Part shown: piece by piece, positions 23,001 to 37,378 of the stretch | Numbering within the stretch: position 1 is the first letter of the stretch | Layout: each line of letters opens with the position of its first letter | Source: Paraglomus brasilianum | Lineage: Eukaryota | Direction: 5' to 3' | Assembly (NCBI GenBank): GCA_910592345.1 | Contig: CAJVPI010000190.1 | Coordinates: forward strand, 1-44,215 | DNA length: 44,215 bases | Position numbers and translations under genes: made by a program | The notes under the pieces: model-generated | What the model was told of the DNA's origin: nothing | Seen by the model: the letters and a program-made list of their open reading frames with translations, nothing else | The model's database searches: none

Positions 23001-25817
23001 GTTGTATTTGTGTATATACATAATATACATGATATACACATAACGGATATATATACGTATATTAAATATAACAAAACATTGACTAACGGTTCTGTGTAAT
23101 ATAGGTGTCCCGTATAATTTGTTATCAATATTATAATAATCCCATTGTAAGAATAGCAGATATTAATTAAATTACATCCCCCCGTCATGTAATCGATCAA
23201 TAAGTTGCTACTTGTAACCTGTACAACTGTCCCTTTCTTATATTCAATGGACACTTTTTGAGGAGGAGCAACCCACTGGAGAAAAAAAATGCAATGACCA
23301 TCAGGGTTAATACCAAGATGCTCGACAAGTCTTGGGAATCTGTTGACAAATATCAAATACTGCTAATACCTGCGTTATATTTGTTTGTAAATATATATAA
23401 TCAAAAAGGCCATAACTTACGACTTTTTGTAAAAAAGAGATGTATATACTATGTGATGGATATGTAACACAAGTACACTTTCGTCTCTCTTTTCTCTTGC
23501 ACACACATTCATCTAATACGATATTATAAATTTTATGATTACTTAATTTAATTTTTTATTTATTGCATCAATTAAATGTTAAACGTCAAGATATCGACTA
23601 TCCATTGTTTACGCGGATCCACTCTTCAATCAACGCAAGTTACCATGCTGCAGCCATATGTTATTGACTCATAAAAGTTAGCAACACCATCTGTCCTATA
23701 TTTACAAACAATAAATAATGAACCTGATTATCCATAACCTATCGTATCCGTTGGCTGACTCATTATCCTTTACATGTATTAGAAATTCGAATTCATGTTG
23801 TGAAGACGCAATAATTAAGGGTACTCGCTCGACCAACTAGAAATGATCGGATGTAGCCAATAATAGACCTCCGCGCATACACAAACGTATAATCAGGAAT
23901 ACAAGCTCATGGACAAGAAACAGCCATTCTCCCATGATCTCGATTCCGTCATAAACCTACTCATGCAAGGATCGAAATCATGGATGGACAAGAAGGTAAT
24001 GCTGCTGGTGCTGTTGGTAGGGTTTCTGGTTTCTGGTGCTGCTCTGCCATGCTGATGATCAACAAAGTAAATTAACTTGCAACATATCAAGTAACTGGGC
24101 GTTCTATACTTTGTAAAAAATACACCACTAGAATAACTATTATATCATGTCGTATACAACCAAGCATGTCCCTAATGTTCTATTTCTATTTACGGTGCCA
24201 GTGAAATGATCACGTAGCTCACATTTTTCCGATAACTAATAAGGTATAACAAATCACTCTTATTTACTCTCTTATTCGTCCGCTAAAAATTTTTTTTCCT
24301 TCTTTAACGGAGATTGTTTGATATCAAGTTCCTTGTTAGGTGCTGAATAGCGGGAAGATATTCTCCTCACCCATAACTTGATGTTTCTGCATTTCGAATC
24401 TTCCTGTCTATTTGCGGAAAAAGTCGCACCCCGATCCACTGACCATTTTCATCGACTCTTCGGGAAATTTCTCAGAGACAAGGATGTCTCATTGGACTAA
24501 TCCGGTTAACTCGGATGCACCCCTGGATGTTCGTTGTGAATAGTACAAATGAACAGTATGTTTTGTTTATGAATGTCAGCATACTGTAAGTGTTAATCTT
24601 TGATACCAATAAAAGTGACGTACTGTCTTTTAATAACAGATATTGACTCATTGTGACTTTTATTGCCCTCGCACTTATAACTTATTAATTGATCTCATGT
24701 TTTTTTTGAATTATTGATATAAATTATTGTTGATACAGTTATATGTATAGATGTATGTATGGAAGAAAACCATAGAATGTCAGTGACACAACAAACCTTT
24801 TGAATAACCCGCTCTCGTTGAATTTTTTTTTTTCAGTTAGACTAGTCTAATTATGGGCAAGACGATATTCTGGCTACAGTCTGAACGATATTATACAGAC
24901 AATTATGCGGTAAATTTGACGCAACCATGGAATAAGATCGAAGACACAAAGAATGACCCAAACAATATTTTATAATGTCGATGAATTTGGACAATTGAGA
25001 TAAAATATATGTAGCACAGTGAGTGAATGTATTGCAGCATATTGTCTAGATTGAATACGACTGTGAAAATTATGTTGCACACGACTAAAATGACGAAATC
25101 AATTCACCGAGAGTGTATGGTAACAATATTATCGACAATATCTATGCCATTTATTCATTGTGAAAAATACTACATAGTTATTTTTTTTCTTCCCATATGA
25201 TTCTTATCTTCCAATATCAATTTCAGGATGACCTGCATTCGATGAGACGCCGGACAAATTGATGCTCCAATCCGGTTGAACTTAGCTCTTCTTCTGCATG
25301 TGTAATGTCGGTGTTGAAAATGCAAGTGCAAGTAGATCAATATATTCGATGAACTGGAAAAACATGAGAGTGCCCAAAATTATCAATCAACACGAGCAGA
25401 ACGCTGTAGACATGTAAAGCAAGCAGTTATGCTAAACGCACGAAAATACTCGTGAGAGTGTTATTATTAGTCTTGCAGTACAAAGCGACGAATTACCGAA
25501 ACTGTTGATTTAAGGGGAAGGGCTAAGAATAGATAAGAATATGAATGTGATAATTATTGCGTACCGTAAATATAGCGGTATTTTTATTGGGTCAATTTTA
25601 TGTACGTTTCATTTATCCGCAACCGTGGAAGTCCCGTTAACCCGACAAGTATTATTATTGAATAGTAGAAGCTGGATCAAGCGTCATACAGAGCATATGG
25701 GAAATTATAGTTGATAAGCACAAGTTAGTAACACATTTAAGCAATAAGGGTAATTAACAATAATTTAATAACTAGGGATCATCAGTTATCACAAACAAAT
25801 AGACATAACTTTGTAAC

Positions 25818-25995
25818 TACAACAACACAACAACGCAACAACACAACCACAGCACCACAACACAACAACACAACAACACCACAACACAACAACACCACAA
25901 CACCACACCACAACAACACCACAACACAACAACACAACAACACAACAACACAACAACACAACAATACCATAACAACACAGCGTAACAACACAACT
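25818..25995. repeat. C/A-rich low-complexity repeat (caacaa/caccac/cacaa units)
   Basis: Directly visible. Confidence 0.9.
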
Positions 25996-28900
25996 TTACA
26001 ACAATACGATTATTACGTTATCTTATTGATTGCCCATTATTGATAAGATTTATTTATTTATCATTGTACATTGCCGATCTGCGCCAGATCGATATTGAGC
26101 TACGTAACAACCTGTCACAATTTAAAGAACCGATGCCATTGATATAACATAAATAACATATCATGCCCATAATTCTCGACCCTCACCAACACAATCACCT
26201 GCCATTCAAGACATGAATAGTCATTTTTCAACGGGTTGTTCTGCATTATTCCACGCTTCACATTCGACCTTATATATCGAGTACTGTTAAACCCTGTTAC
26301 ACCGTTGCATGATGATCATTCAGGGAGCTAGCTATAACAACCGATACCCTCAGGGAGCTATTAACAACTGATACCCTAATCAAAACGAATCATATCATTG
26401 GTTAGTCAGTCTTGTGTCGCTTTGTTGCATGTCCAACAGGTGTTTCGCTGTTTGCGACATAACGTGCAAATATCTTTAATCAAGCTCAATGACATCGATG
26501 CTATAACTCTATTCAACCCTTTTGCAGCTGCATCTTGTAGAGGACGAATCATGGTTTTCCAAACATAAATCTTTATGCTTCGAAATGACTTTTTCGAGTA
26601 TAGACAGTATTGGCGACAAGTTACAGACATAAGATCTAACGCATCATCAAATAAAATAACCGACCGTCTGTCTCACTTTAGAGGTTTCATAGGGATGTCT
26701 CTGAATCAATACAGCGATATACTAGTCAAATCAGTGAACTACATTCACAGATAGTGCTATTATGGGACAGGCAGATAAATGCTTGCATTCATTATCTTGC
26801 TTTCTAACAATAGCATTTCCAATATAGAAGGTGTGACAGAACAGATTATTGGTACCATATGAACAGAGCTTACCTCAACAGTCAACTCCCTGTCACAAAA
26901 TGGTTTTAAGCCGAATATATAAATATATACATAATATCTTGCTTCTCGTAATAGCAAATGGGTATGATTTGCGTTTGTATCCGATTACTTTATTTATAGC
27001 ATTATTTTAAATAGTACAGTCGGCGGTTCGTATGAGTGTTATGTTTACTTGTCGTTATCTCTATCACTAACCTTATTTAGACATCAATATAAATCGATGC
27101 AAGCCAGTATTAAATGAATAGTATTTTTTCCGAGCTCCCTCCCACACACCAAATATGTAAGCATAGCCAGGAGGTATGTGAACTGCGGCGCTAATGGGTC
27201 AGCTGACCAATGATGACTGAAATAAAAATTAATTTTAAAGAATAGTTCATATGTTTATATTTTATAAGATCTGTTTTCATGCATAGATAATATGATATGT
27301 GACACTGCATTCTGATTATGTAAATTACGATATTATCGTTAATCTTTTATTTACCGATACAAAATGTCATCTATATTTACAGGTTTATTGATGCGGTTAA
27401 TTTGTAAATTCCAAGAATTTGAAGAATGTTGAGATGTCGAGCGTATTTACACTAAACCTAATCCTATAGCCTGGTATTCTCATTTTGATATACCGTGATT
27501 CTATAGAAAACTGTATGCTATTTTTTACATGCGCATATGTCACACATCATTCCTTGCAGCATTGTTTGCTTAGTCCCTTCTTATATTGCGTAACATGTCA
27601 TTTTTATCCATTAATTGTTGCTGTCACTTATGTGACCAATAGAATTCCGTTGGACATGCAAAGTGCCTGATATGAGAACATACACATGACTGCGTTCTAC
27701 TAGGAATTATTCCACCTGCCATTTAAATCTCAACCTACAACGATGTTGTGTACAGCAGTAAAATTCTTTCAACAAATCTTATAATGGAATAAAAACAATT
27801 CATCAAAAAACGTCGGGACCCACATCTTCTCATGCAGAAAGAACAAAAGACAAGCAAAGATGTTTACCCCACTCCATCATGTTCTGGTTTCGTGGCTCTG
27901 TTTGTTACACCGCGGAGACCGCCGATTTTTACGCAGAGATACTACGGACTTGGAAAATTACAATAGCAATGTCAAATATGACCCCATGGACAACTCGATT
28001 GTTATCAAAAGGATATGGAAACCCAACCATAATTTGTGTGTGGAGGTAAGGTTGATGGTCAGAGAGACAGATGACGACCGATGAAATTTGAGTAACAGTG
28101 TGACTTTTGTAGTCTTGTGTCATGAGAGATAGGGAGGTTTGAGCAAAAAAGACGACATTAAAGAGATCGACTCCAACGTTTCCCCATTTGGGTTCATTTA
28201 TTGAAACGCTCGCAACTACCCATCTCATCAACATTTTGTACACAAAACACTGCAAAATCGAGCCTTTTTTTTCTCTCCGCCTAATATTTGTTTCTCGTAA
28301 TGTTTATTGATTGCATGGATAGTCCGTAAACGTGGTAGAACAATCCAAGGACCACTACCGAAACAATGCGGGTATCAAATTTAATGATACTTGTACAGAC
28401 CACGTTTCCCCGCACGCACTTGTACAATTACACAATTAATGGACAAACGCAATATTTGATTTTAGAATAATGTTCTTAATAATACATAGCACCGCGTTTA
28501 TCCTCGACAAATTACAAACGTTGTGGAGCTATCTTTTTCATCCTCGACAATCACACCAATAGGATTTCTGACAAGAAATTCCACTAGTTCCGTGAAATTG
28601 ATCATTTCCTAATTTACATTAACAGTTGCCGTTACCCCTCTTTTTTTTTGCGTATGCATAGCATATTCGGAAGCCATCGTAACACTTGTATTTTCACCCC
28701 TGAGAGAGAGAGAGGTCAATTATGTAATACAAATAAGCCTCAATCAAGACTAGTTGATTGTCACGTGATAAAACGCGGGTAATCGAAGCCGGAAAGCTAG
28801 ACAAGTTTGTCCAATCCGTTGGACGGGGTCTCCCATCTTATGCGCTAGTGTTATGATTTTGATTTTAATTAAAATCGCTACGTCATCAAGTGCAACCCCA

Positions 28901-31835
28901 GAGTTGTGCATGATGAGCAGAGAACAATTTTATTGGCTTCACGTAAATTTAATCTAACTGATAGCGAGTCGGGAAACGTCTCTGTATCATGTTTATTTAT
29001 TGATATTTTGCTAACAAGTTCTCTAAATGTCTTGGGGATTTAATTCTTCCAAAATTGTGAAAACCGAATTCAAGCATATATTAATATCAAACAATAAACC
29101 CATTATTCGTGGAGTACAAGGACAATCATTGTAACGAGCATAATACAAGTCATTAGGCTTGCATACTTACGAAAAGATCTCATCATGTATGCCAGCGAGA
29201 AAGTAGGCCTTATATGGACGAGCCTTGGCAAGGGCAAGAGAAGAGACTATATGACTTGTTCATCAAAAGCTTAGAACCAGATGTGGTCAACTCTGTATAC
29301 TGCTTTTCGAGCAGCGGATATATTCCGGACTCGGCATTTATAGATGGTGATACAAAGATGTTGATCCATCATTAAAAGAATAAAATCATTATCATTAGTC
29401 GCCCAGTTATGGCACCAAAAATATCGAACAGCACAATAGATGTCTTTGTCAGTTGTTTGTCTCTGTACATTCTGCATGGACAAATAGTCGGTTTTGTTTT
29501 GTAATATAGTAATACATTACTTTCGTCTTACTTTAGGATATTACTGTTTATGAGAGAAAACATCTCCAAAACATGTATCGCTGATACTCGAATGAGCAAT
29601 CTTTGTCATACTTTTCGAAGAAGAATAGAGGTGAAATATTTGTTGCTTATCATTCAGACTGTCCACCTTTATCGTACTTTTTTCTCAACATAATTAATAA
29701 GAAAACTCGTACACCTGGTACTGACGTATGTGATCCTAAGCTGCAAAAGTTCCTTGACGCTTGAAGATGCATTTGATGTGCATAAAAAGATGTCCTTAAA
29801 CGTCAAAACGGCATAATCAACGTACGTTTGGCATGGAGAAGCATCAAGTGGCATGAGGAAGCGACAAGCAGCATGAAGGAGCGTCAGTGGCACGAAGGAG
29901 CATGAAGAAGCATGAACTGCACAGATACAATTATTCAACGCAAACATCAATGTTCCGCGGCCTTATAATCGGACATAAAGTCTAAGTTAGAACTCAAACT
30001 TTGGCTTAGAGTAACTGAATATTCGGCTAAAATTTCCGGGTATATCATCAGATGCAAGTTGACAGAATCTTATTTTCACGAGAATCTTTTTATAAATTGG
30101 CCTTGTCCGCCTGACTTATCGCTTTTTCTTTGAAGATCTGAACCAAATGCATGGATTCTGGTGCGTAGATGGCTTTTGCACTTTACTTATTGGATTAGTT
30201 ATCAAGATGTATAGTCGAGCTACTAGTATAGTGTATATTCAGGTATCCACCAGAACCCTTCTCAACGTTATTTGACTTTACTGATCATAATACAATTGAG
30301 AAACCAAGATTCTAACTTGAAATAACCCTTTTTTCTTTTAGAAAATTTTGCATTTAACATTTTTTGATTTTCTGATAACGTCGAATACTAATAATTTCAT
30401 ATACGTGATCTTGAATTGATATTGATATAAATTCTAATTTGACACATTGTTATTATTGTAGGTTGACAGTACATGAAAGGATAGATTATAATAATTATAC
30501 ATATTCTTATTGGACTCTATTCAACTATCGTGTATGCTCGATGCTAAACTTGGCAAGACAATGGTATTAAGCGAACATCACGAATGGACAATATGAAAAG
30601 TTATTAGTTCATGAGTAAGATGTGGTTGGCTTTTGACTTGGTATTAGTTAGAATTTGGTGATCTTAAGTTGTGAATTTAGTGAATATTAATATAGTAAAT
30701 AAATGCATTATAACAATGTTTCTTGGCGGTAATAGTAATATTGATTTAATAGCTCAAATTTTGCGAATTGTTGATAACGTTGAAATCAATTCGAGTTAAT
30801 TCCGATCAAAATTTTTTGTTTGAAAAAATGCAATGGTCTTCACAGAGAATGTCCTCCTGAGTTTTTCTTTCACAGCAAAAGATACTTTATTACAATATTC
30901 AATACATATCTCTGTGATTTAATTGAATTTGGGCTGCAATACTCTGTCCTCTTTCGGACAATTTTACTTAATTGCTTGTCGGATGGTTCAGATCTTCCGG
31001 CTTGAAGTTTCAACACTTGCATAACAAGATAGAAATCTGTGAATATTTTTCCAAAAAATATGATTACAACCAAAGTTGGAGTTTAAACTGAGAATATTTA
31101 GACTCATAAAAATCTACTGTGGTTGTAAGTTTATATTGACATGAAGTGGTTTTACTGCTGTAAATTTATCAAACTCAAGGATATGCCAACAAACACTGAC
31201 TAGACACTCAATGAATCTATAAACTGTACTATATGTGAACAAGTAAAGCAATGTTAGCTATATTTAATAGTATTAATTATTAAGCTTTTACAGTTCTAAA
31301 AGCCAGCTACATTACACCAGATATAATAATAATAAATAAATAATTCATACTATATATTGACTGAACGTTTCAGCTTTTTAAGAGTATTTTATTTGAAGAA
31401 CATTTACAGTATAATGAAAACTTACTGTGATATTGCTTTGTTGTTATCAGTTTACTTTACTCCAGTTCCTACTGCGATTTTCAATGAACGTTTCGCTTAT
31501 TACTAGCTGCTAGGGCATATTACGTATTCTGCATAACTCCTTACCCATTAACATATTGTTAATTCTGTTAATAATTAAAGTTGGTATTATTGTGCGGCGG
31601 GAAAAAAAAACCAACTTGATTTTCGTTGCCTTGCTTGCTTGTGAGTGTTTAGTGACTAATTTTTAGTTATAATAATATAATAAATTAAATGTAACTACTG
31701 CCATAAATATTATATAGGATTCCAAAATTGCTGTTTAATACACATAATTTCCTCTATATTATGAACATAACAAGCAATAAACGTCAAATTTCGTCGTTAA
31801 CATACTACTATATTAATATATGATTTTCGCTTATA

Positions 31836-32001
31836 CACACTTTAACGAAGTCTCACTTTAACGAAGATCGCTTTATAACAAAGTTCTTTCCAGAACGGAT
31901 TCATATATTTCATATAAAAAGACAGTTCACTTAAGCGAACTTTCAGGTTAACGAAGCAAAATTGTGGAACGAATGTCTTCGTTAAAGTGAATTTCACTGT
32001 G
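31836..32001. mobile_element. Small pogo/Tigger-like MITE with partly deleted left TIR
   Basis: Right end CTTCGTTAAAGTGAATTTCACTGTG|TA; left end TA|CACACTTTAACGAAG with a repeated cactttaacgaag. Shares the CACAGTGAAA terminus with the 17680 element. Confidence 0.7.
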
Positions 32002-32444
32002 TATATAAAATTTTTTTGCTATATCCAAATTGTGTGATACAACAGTCTATAAAATTTGGTTAGCACGTTTTAACTGCGGATTTATGCTATTAGTATTAGG
32101 TGGTTATATTAAAGAAAAATCTGGTACAATTTTTAGCTCCTTTATATTTGCTGAGGCAAATTTTATAACTTTTTAATTAATATTTGGGTTAATAATATTG
32201 GTCCTCCTCTTAATGTTTTTGACATAATTCTGATTTATTTAACACAAAGACAAAATTATTATTATCTACCTATCAATTGTTTTAAAATTAATTGGTAAAT
32301 TTGTATTGTTTGTTTTGTAAGATAAAAAGTTGTATTAGCTTAACCATCAAAAACTGAAAACTCGAAGTTAAATATTGTGTTATAAAAACTACGTGATATG
32401 TGATAAACTCATATTAGTGTTAGGATCAGCAATACTTTACAGAT

Positions 32445-32558
32445 CAATATTTAAATTTGTTGTACTTCAGTTGGGGGACCTGTCTCAGTTCTGGACTGAG
32501 TAATTGGGTTTTGAACTGAGACAGCCCCCAAACTCAGACACAACAAATCTAACATTAG
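32445..32558. mobile_element. Foldback MITE-like element, copy 1
   Basis: Imperfect inverted repeat atttgttgt..agttgggggacctgtctcagttc / gaactgagacagcccccaaact..acaacaaat. Related copy at 34043. Confidence 0.65.
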
Positions 32559-32694
32559 TAGTTAATCAATATGAATAAACAATTTATCAGTAAATAATTT
32601 TGGTGCCACACAAAATCGTTATTTAACACTTGCTGTCCAGCTGTCAATATATTAATGTTAGAAACTTTTTTTTTTAAAAAAACCACTCTATTAT

Positions 32695-32900
32695 ATAGTG
32701 GTGTTCAATGGTGAAACTATACTTCAACTGTTTAGAAACAAATCAAACATTGGTATAGAGGACAGCATCCAGTTAGAGACCACTCAAAAACAGAACAAAA
32801 AAATTTTGCTTGGGCTGGATTTTTGTCAGAGGAAGAACAAGTTTATTCTGTTTACACAAGTCATGAACGCAAAGTTTTATGTTGAAATAATTGAAATTTT
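32695..32900 (+). mobile_element. Tc1/mariner transposase fragment
   Basis: VVFNGETILQLFRN (decayed VFSDET motif), then IFAWAGF in a shifted frame, then FTQVMNAKFYVEII. Confidence 0.6.
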
Positions 32901-33269
32901 GTGGTTATCATATATAAAAAGAAATGCAGAATTAATAATTGGCTAAATTGCAAAAATTTAGTGAAATGCAATTCCAATAGTTAACTAATATAATCAATCT
33001 TATCAATTCAATGAAGAACAGATGGTTGTACTTATACATACAGTACAATTGAGGGAATTTACAGTGTGTAAAGGAATTATTGGCAAATACATATTTGATC
33101 ACTGAGCAACAACAACAATGTGATTAATACCTATTTGACCATATCTGGGCTTCATCAATTAATTAACTAGTTTTCTGGACTCTTAAATCTTGCTGATTTT
33201 GTGGCATTCTCTTTTCGACGTTTTTAATCCAGACTGTTCACCGAGAAATGATTGGACAAGATAACTGGT

Positions 33270-33580
33270 ATGCTTGCCTACCCAGTAGGTTCCTAATCTC
33301 TGGAATATGCCTTTTTAGAATACCTACATAGAACTCTGCATTCATTATATTGTAAAACAAAAAAGGCTGGTCTTGCCCTTTATCGAAAAGCCACACTATG
33401 TAAACATTTGAGTACGAACTTTTGGAATTCGTCGTACAGGCCGCTCACCTTTATGCTACCTCGATTATATTTCCGAACAACTGGAATGCTGTTTCATCAG
33501 TAAACACAGTCTTATTTCAATTGTCATGTAAATGTTTTTTGCCCACTCCACGCGTCTCTGTTCGTGAGCTTCAGTGCTCA
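33270..33580 (-). mobile_element. Tc1/mariner transposase fragment (same family, opposite strand)
   Basis: KKHLHDN*NKTVFTDETAFQLFGN, YKGERPVRRIPKVRTQMFT*CGFSIKGKTSLF and MNAEFYVGILKRHIPEIRNLLGR. Confidence 0.75.
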
Positions 33581-34042
33581 ATATTATTTTTAAAAAAAGT
33601 GACCTTTAAACGACATTATTATTATGTTATTTAATAGAAAATGAGTAGGTTTTCATGATCAAAACAAAAAACAAGTTTACACGATTTGGTTTATTGTTGG
33701 CAAAGTTACGTGATTTCAAGTCGTATGCGATTTTTTTTTGCCAAATAATTTCTTTACGCCGTATACAATAGAAGTTTGCATGCTTTTGCTACTTTATTAT
33801 GCTATATGATTATCGTAATATTTATCGGCCCTCAACGTTGTCGAAATACATGAATATTTGAGTATTTCTACCTTATTGCCAGTTGAATAAAATGTGATAT
33901 AATGCTGGAGCATCTTTTGACAGTGTTTCGTGCAACAGAGGAGATGTGGAGCAATCTAGTAATGATGTCGGAAACATTCACTTTCTCATGCTACTTTACA
34001 ATAAGAAAAGTTACACGGCTTCTATGTTTACTATATGTAATT

Positions 34043-34140
34043 GTTGGGGACCTGTCTCAGTTCTGGACTGGGTGTCTGGGTTCGGAACTGAGTGAGACAA
34101 CTGAGTTCTGAACTGAGTGAACTGAGACAAGTCCCAACTC
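34043..34140. mobile_element. Foldback MITE-like element, copy 2
   Basis: gttggggacctgtctcagttc .. gaactgagacaagtcccaac, with internal gaactgag repeats. Confidence 0.65.
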
Positions 34141-34471
34141 AGATAGAACATAGGTATTCTGCAGTTATTATTATATGATATGTCAATTGGAAGTCGATCA
34201 AACAGACGCTCTGCCGTAGCACCCAAGGAATGTCTCTCGATTATTCAATTTTGGCTTAAGAGGCCAAAACTTCTCAACCCTTTTTCTCAATATATGTTTA
34301 AAATCTCGCAAACGATCAAGAGTCACTTGACTAAATTAAAATGTGCACTACCAATAAGCTAATACATATGCCGATCAGTCCCACCAAAATCCGCGATCCC
34401 CGTCAGACAATCCAAAATAATACATAGTAACAAAATATTTCGTAATTAATTAACATCATCAAAATGTCTCG

Positions 34472-36753
34472 ATGGACCGTTTCACTCGAATAGACTTAAC
34501 ATCTTCTTTACAACCCATATTAGGAGACTCTGAAACTTTATTTATTATCCAGGATAATGTTGGATTATACGACGGGTACTGTTTGAGAAAATGGGGTTGA
34601 TAGCCGACCTAAGTGTGCGAAGAGTGTGGGGTGAAGCAATTGTGAATCAGATTTAAAGCATTGGTTGTAATAGAGTTATTTATAATTAGGGACGAAAAGG
34701 TACCGGATTATGCAAACGGCAAAGCGTACTTGACGACACACAGAGTTATATATGTTGACTCAACAAAGCCACAAACACATTCTGTGTCGTTGGATCTGAA
34801 ACTCGTTAAAGCGAGAGAATACTTTGTGTGTTTACTTTCTTTCATATTCTATTGATTACATTGAGCAATATACTGTATCACAAGATATTATTCACTAAAT
34901 TAATTTTCGGATGCAGACAGGTTTTCTCAAGTCTTCACCAAAAATAATTCTCCGCTTTACCGACTATAATTCACCCTTCCTCGGCCCGTCTCCAACAGTG
35001 CCAACCGCCACTACCGCCTCTCCGTCGTCTTCTCTCCAACAACCTCAAACATGGATATGTTTTTCCTGCTCTTACTCTAACTTTGCTTCGACACCTAAAT
35101 GTGAACTCTGCGGTGTTAAACGTCCTGATGCATTGACATCAAGTTCTTCCACTTCACTCTCCCAAACCCAAATCTCTCCAACTCCCATACTAGGAGAACA
35201 CTCTCCAACCGCCTCACTTGGCGAGGTAACTTCTTCTCCAACGTTGCAACCTGTAGTTACATCAGAAGGAATCTCATGCCCAAGATGCACATTTTCGAAT
35301 CATCCGAGTATGGTGTGGTGTGAACTGTGTGGCATGGAGTTGGGCACATTCAAGATTGATGGGATGGAGTTGAGTGATGATGGAAACGTTGAGAAAACGG
35401 AACGGGCACAACATGTAAAGTTAGCTTTTAGAAATGGTGGGAGTGCTTCCTTTAACAACAAGTTGAAGTCTGCAATGACAGACAGAGAGTGGGAGGTAAG
35501 CGCGAAGTATCATTTTTGCTACCTTGATGTGGAGTCTAGTTATGTGACGCACATTTATTGCAATAAATGTTCAGAAAATCACCGAACCTATTTCCGTAAA
35601 TCCTCAAACAGACTTTGATCCTGTTCGCGGGGGAATAAGTGAGTAAATTATTGCTACCGATTATTGTTCACGCACGCTATTTAGTTGTAACCACTCCGTG
35701 TATAATACACTGTTTTCTCTCAAATTCAGGTGGAATAATGAAGAATGTAGCCCAAAACCAAGAAGAACAGAAGGAGACCCTCGATCAAGCGTTTAAGGAC
35801 CTAGACGCACTGATGGCAAAAGCTTCTGATATGGTATGAATTGTAAGCATGGAGAACTTACGTTATGAATTATATTATTCCGTAGGACGAGGTTTAATGT
35901 ACGATCTGTGGTTTTTTCCTAATGAATTCGGTTATATGTTTCATTGTAATTGGAATAGGTTAAACTAGCTCAATCGATAAAAATGAAACTAAACAAAGAT
36001 TCTAGTGAATCTGAGGTATCCGCTGACGATGATTCAACGTTTAGCACCTACTTATTAGAACTTGGAATGTCGAATCCAGTAACAAAAAAGTATATTATGC
36101 GACATACTTATTTAGTTAACTTCATATAATAACGTCCACTCAGACATAATCATATTAACACATACTCATTCTCCTTCGCCGCAGAGATTCCGGCTCAATA
36201 TACCATCAAGAACTTGCCCGTCAATTAGCTGAATTTCTCTCTGCCCTTCTCCACAAGCATAAAGGCATGATGGTTCTCACTGATGTCTATTGTCTTTTCA
36301 ATCGTGCTCGGGGAGTAGCGTTGATTTCCCCAGATGATCTTTACAAAGCATGTTCGTTATTTGAGCGATTGGATCTACCCATGCGATTACATCAGCTTGC
36401 AAGTGGATTGCTGGTCGTGCAAGCAGCGGATCATAATGATGACGTTATAGCAAAGAGGGTGTTGGAATATATCAGGCAAAAAGGTTCATTGACGGCTATT
36501 GAGCTCGCTGCTATTGAGAATGCAAGTATTGCGCTTGTTAGTGAACAGTTACAGGTGAGGACAGAGGAAATCGTATTGATAAAGTCTCCAGGAGGCACTG
36601 CTTGTATAACAATATTTTCCTAACAATTCCGATTTTGTGAAACAGATGACAGTTTCTAAAGGTCTCATTTGTATAGATGAAACCGTTGAAGGAGTGAGGT
36701 TTTATGAGAATATTATAATAAATTATCAATGGGATCAACAAGCTTTACAATAG
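34472..36753 (+). CDS. VPS36: Vacuolar protein sorting 36, ESCRT-II subunit (GLUE + 2 NZF zinc fingers + EAP30 winged helices), 8 exons, ~531 aa
   Basis: Phase-consistent exons 34472-34575, 34690-34825, 34917-35495, 35575-35638, 35730-35833, 35959-36089, 36185-36554 and 36646-36753 (1596 nt). Motifs QDNVGLYDG, GKAYLTTHRVIY, GFLKSSPKI, WICFSCSYSN..CELCG, CPRCTFSNHPSMVWCELCG, VKLAFRNGG, AFKDLDALMAKASDMV, YHQELARQL and DVYCLFNRARGVALISPDDL. Confidence 0.95.
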
Positions 36754-37378
36754 AAATGGCATTATAATCGTGATAATGTCTGAAAATGCTGGACCCAACT
36801 GATAAGTAGGAAATGAATTGTCAGTTATACTGTATAAAATGTGCCCAAAGGCAATAGATTAGTGAATGAAGACTCGGTAACGACTTTCATACAATACTCT
36901 GACGTTTACCTTTTATGATCAATATACGGACTGATCGCCTGCAAAGTTTTCTCCAAATAGTTCATTTTTATGCTTCTTTACCTTAGACTACTACTCAATA
37001 AGGATTGGGAGGGTCAAAATAAACATCACACGACTAATAAATTTTGAGCACCAAACGTAGAAAAGCTTGAATTAATAGCGAAAGTTAATCCGCAAAATTG
37101 GTTAAGCAATGTCCATGTTTTTAAAACTTTATTTATTAAATCGACTTATTATAATAAAAATTATTTAATCTTTCAAAAAGTAGCCAGGTCAGTTAAGAGT
37201 AAGTGCGTTCAAGATGTTTGCGAAAAAAAAAAAAATAAACAAAAAAAAAACACAAAAAACAAACTTTTTTTAAGTACAGTCCAGTAGTTAGTATTTGTCT
37301 TCTTTTTGAGTGTCTTGTCAACGCAAACCTTCACGCCGCGTCGGTGCTTGCGGGACCTTATATACATGTATACTAATA

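Noticed and set aside
22633..23356. ORFs with VC/TH/VY repeats
   Set aside because: Dinucleotide and hexanucleotide microsatellite artefacts.
26320..26960. Short direct repeat (cagggagcta..gataccct x2) and Cys-rich fragments resembling a zinc finger
   Set aside because: Needs multiple frameshifts and has no diagnostic family motif. Two repeats do not form a CRISPR-like array.
27860..29950. Several 70-108 aa ORFs
   Set aside because: No domain similarity or consistent exon chain recognised.
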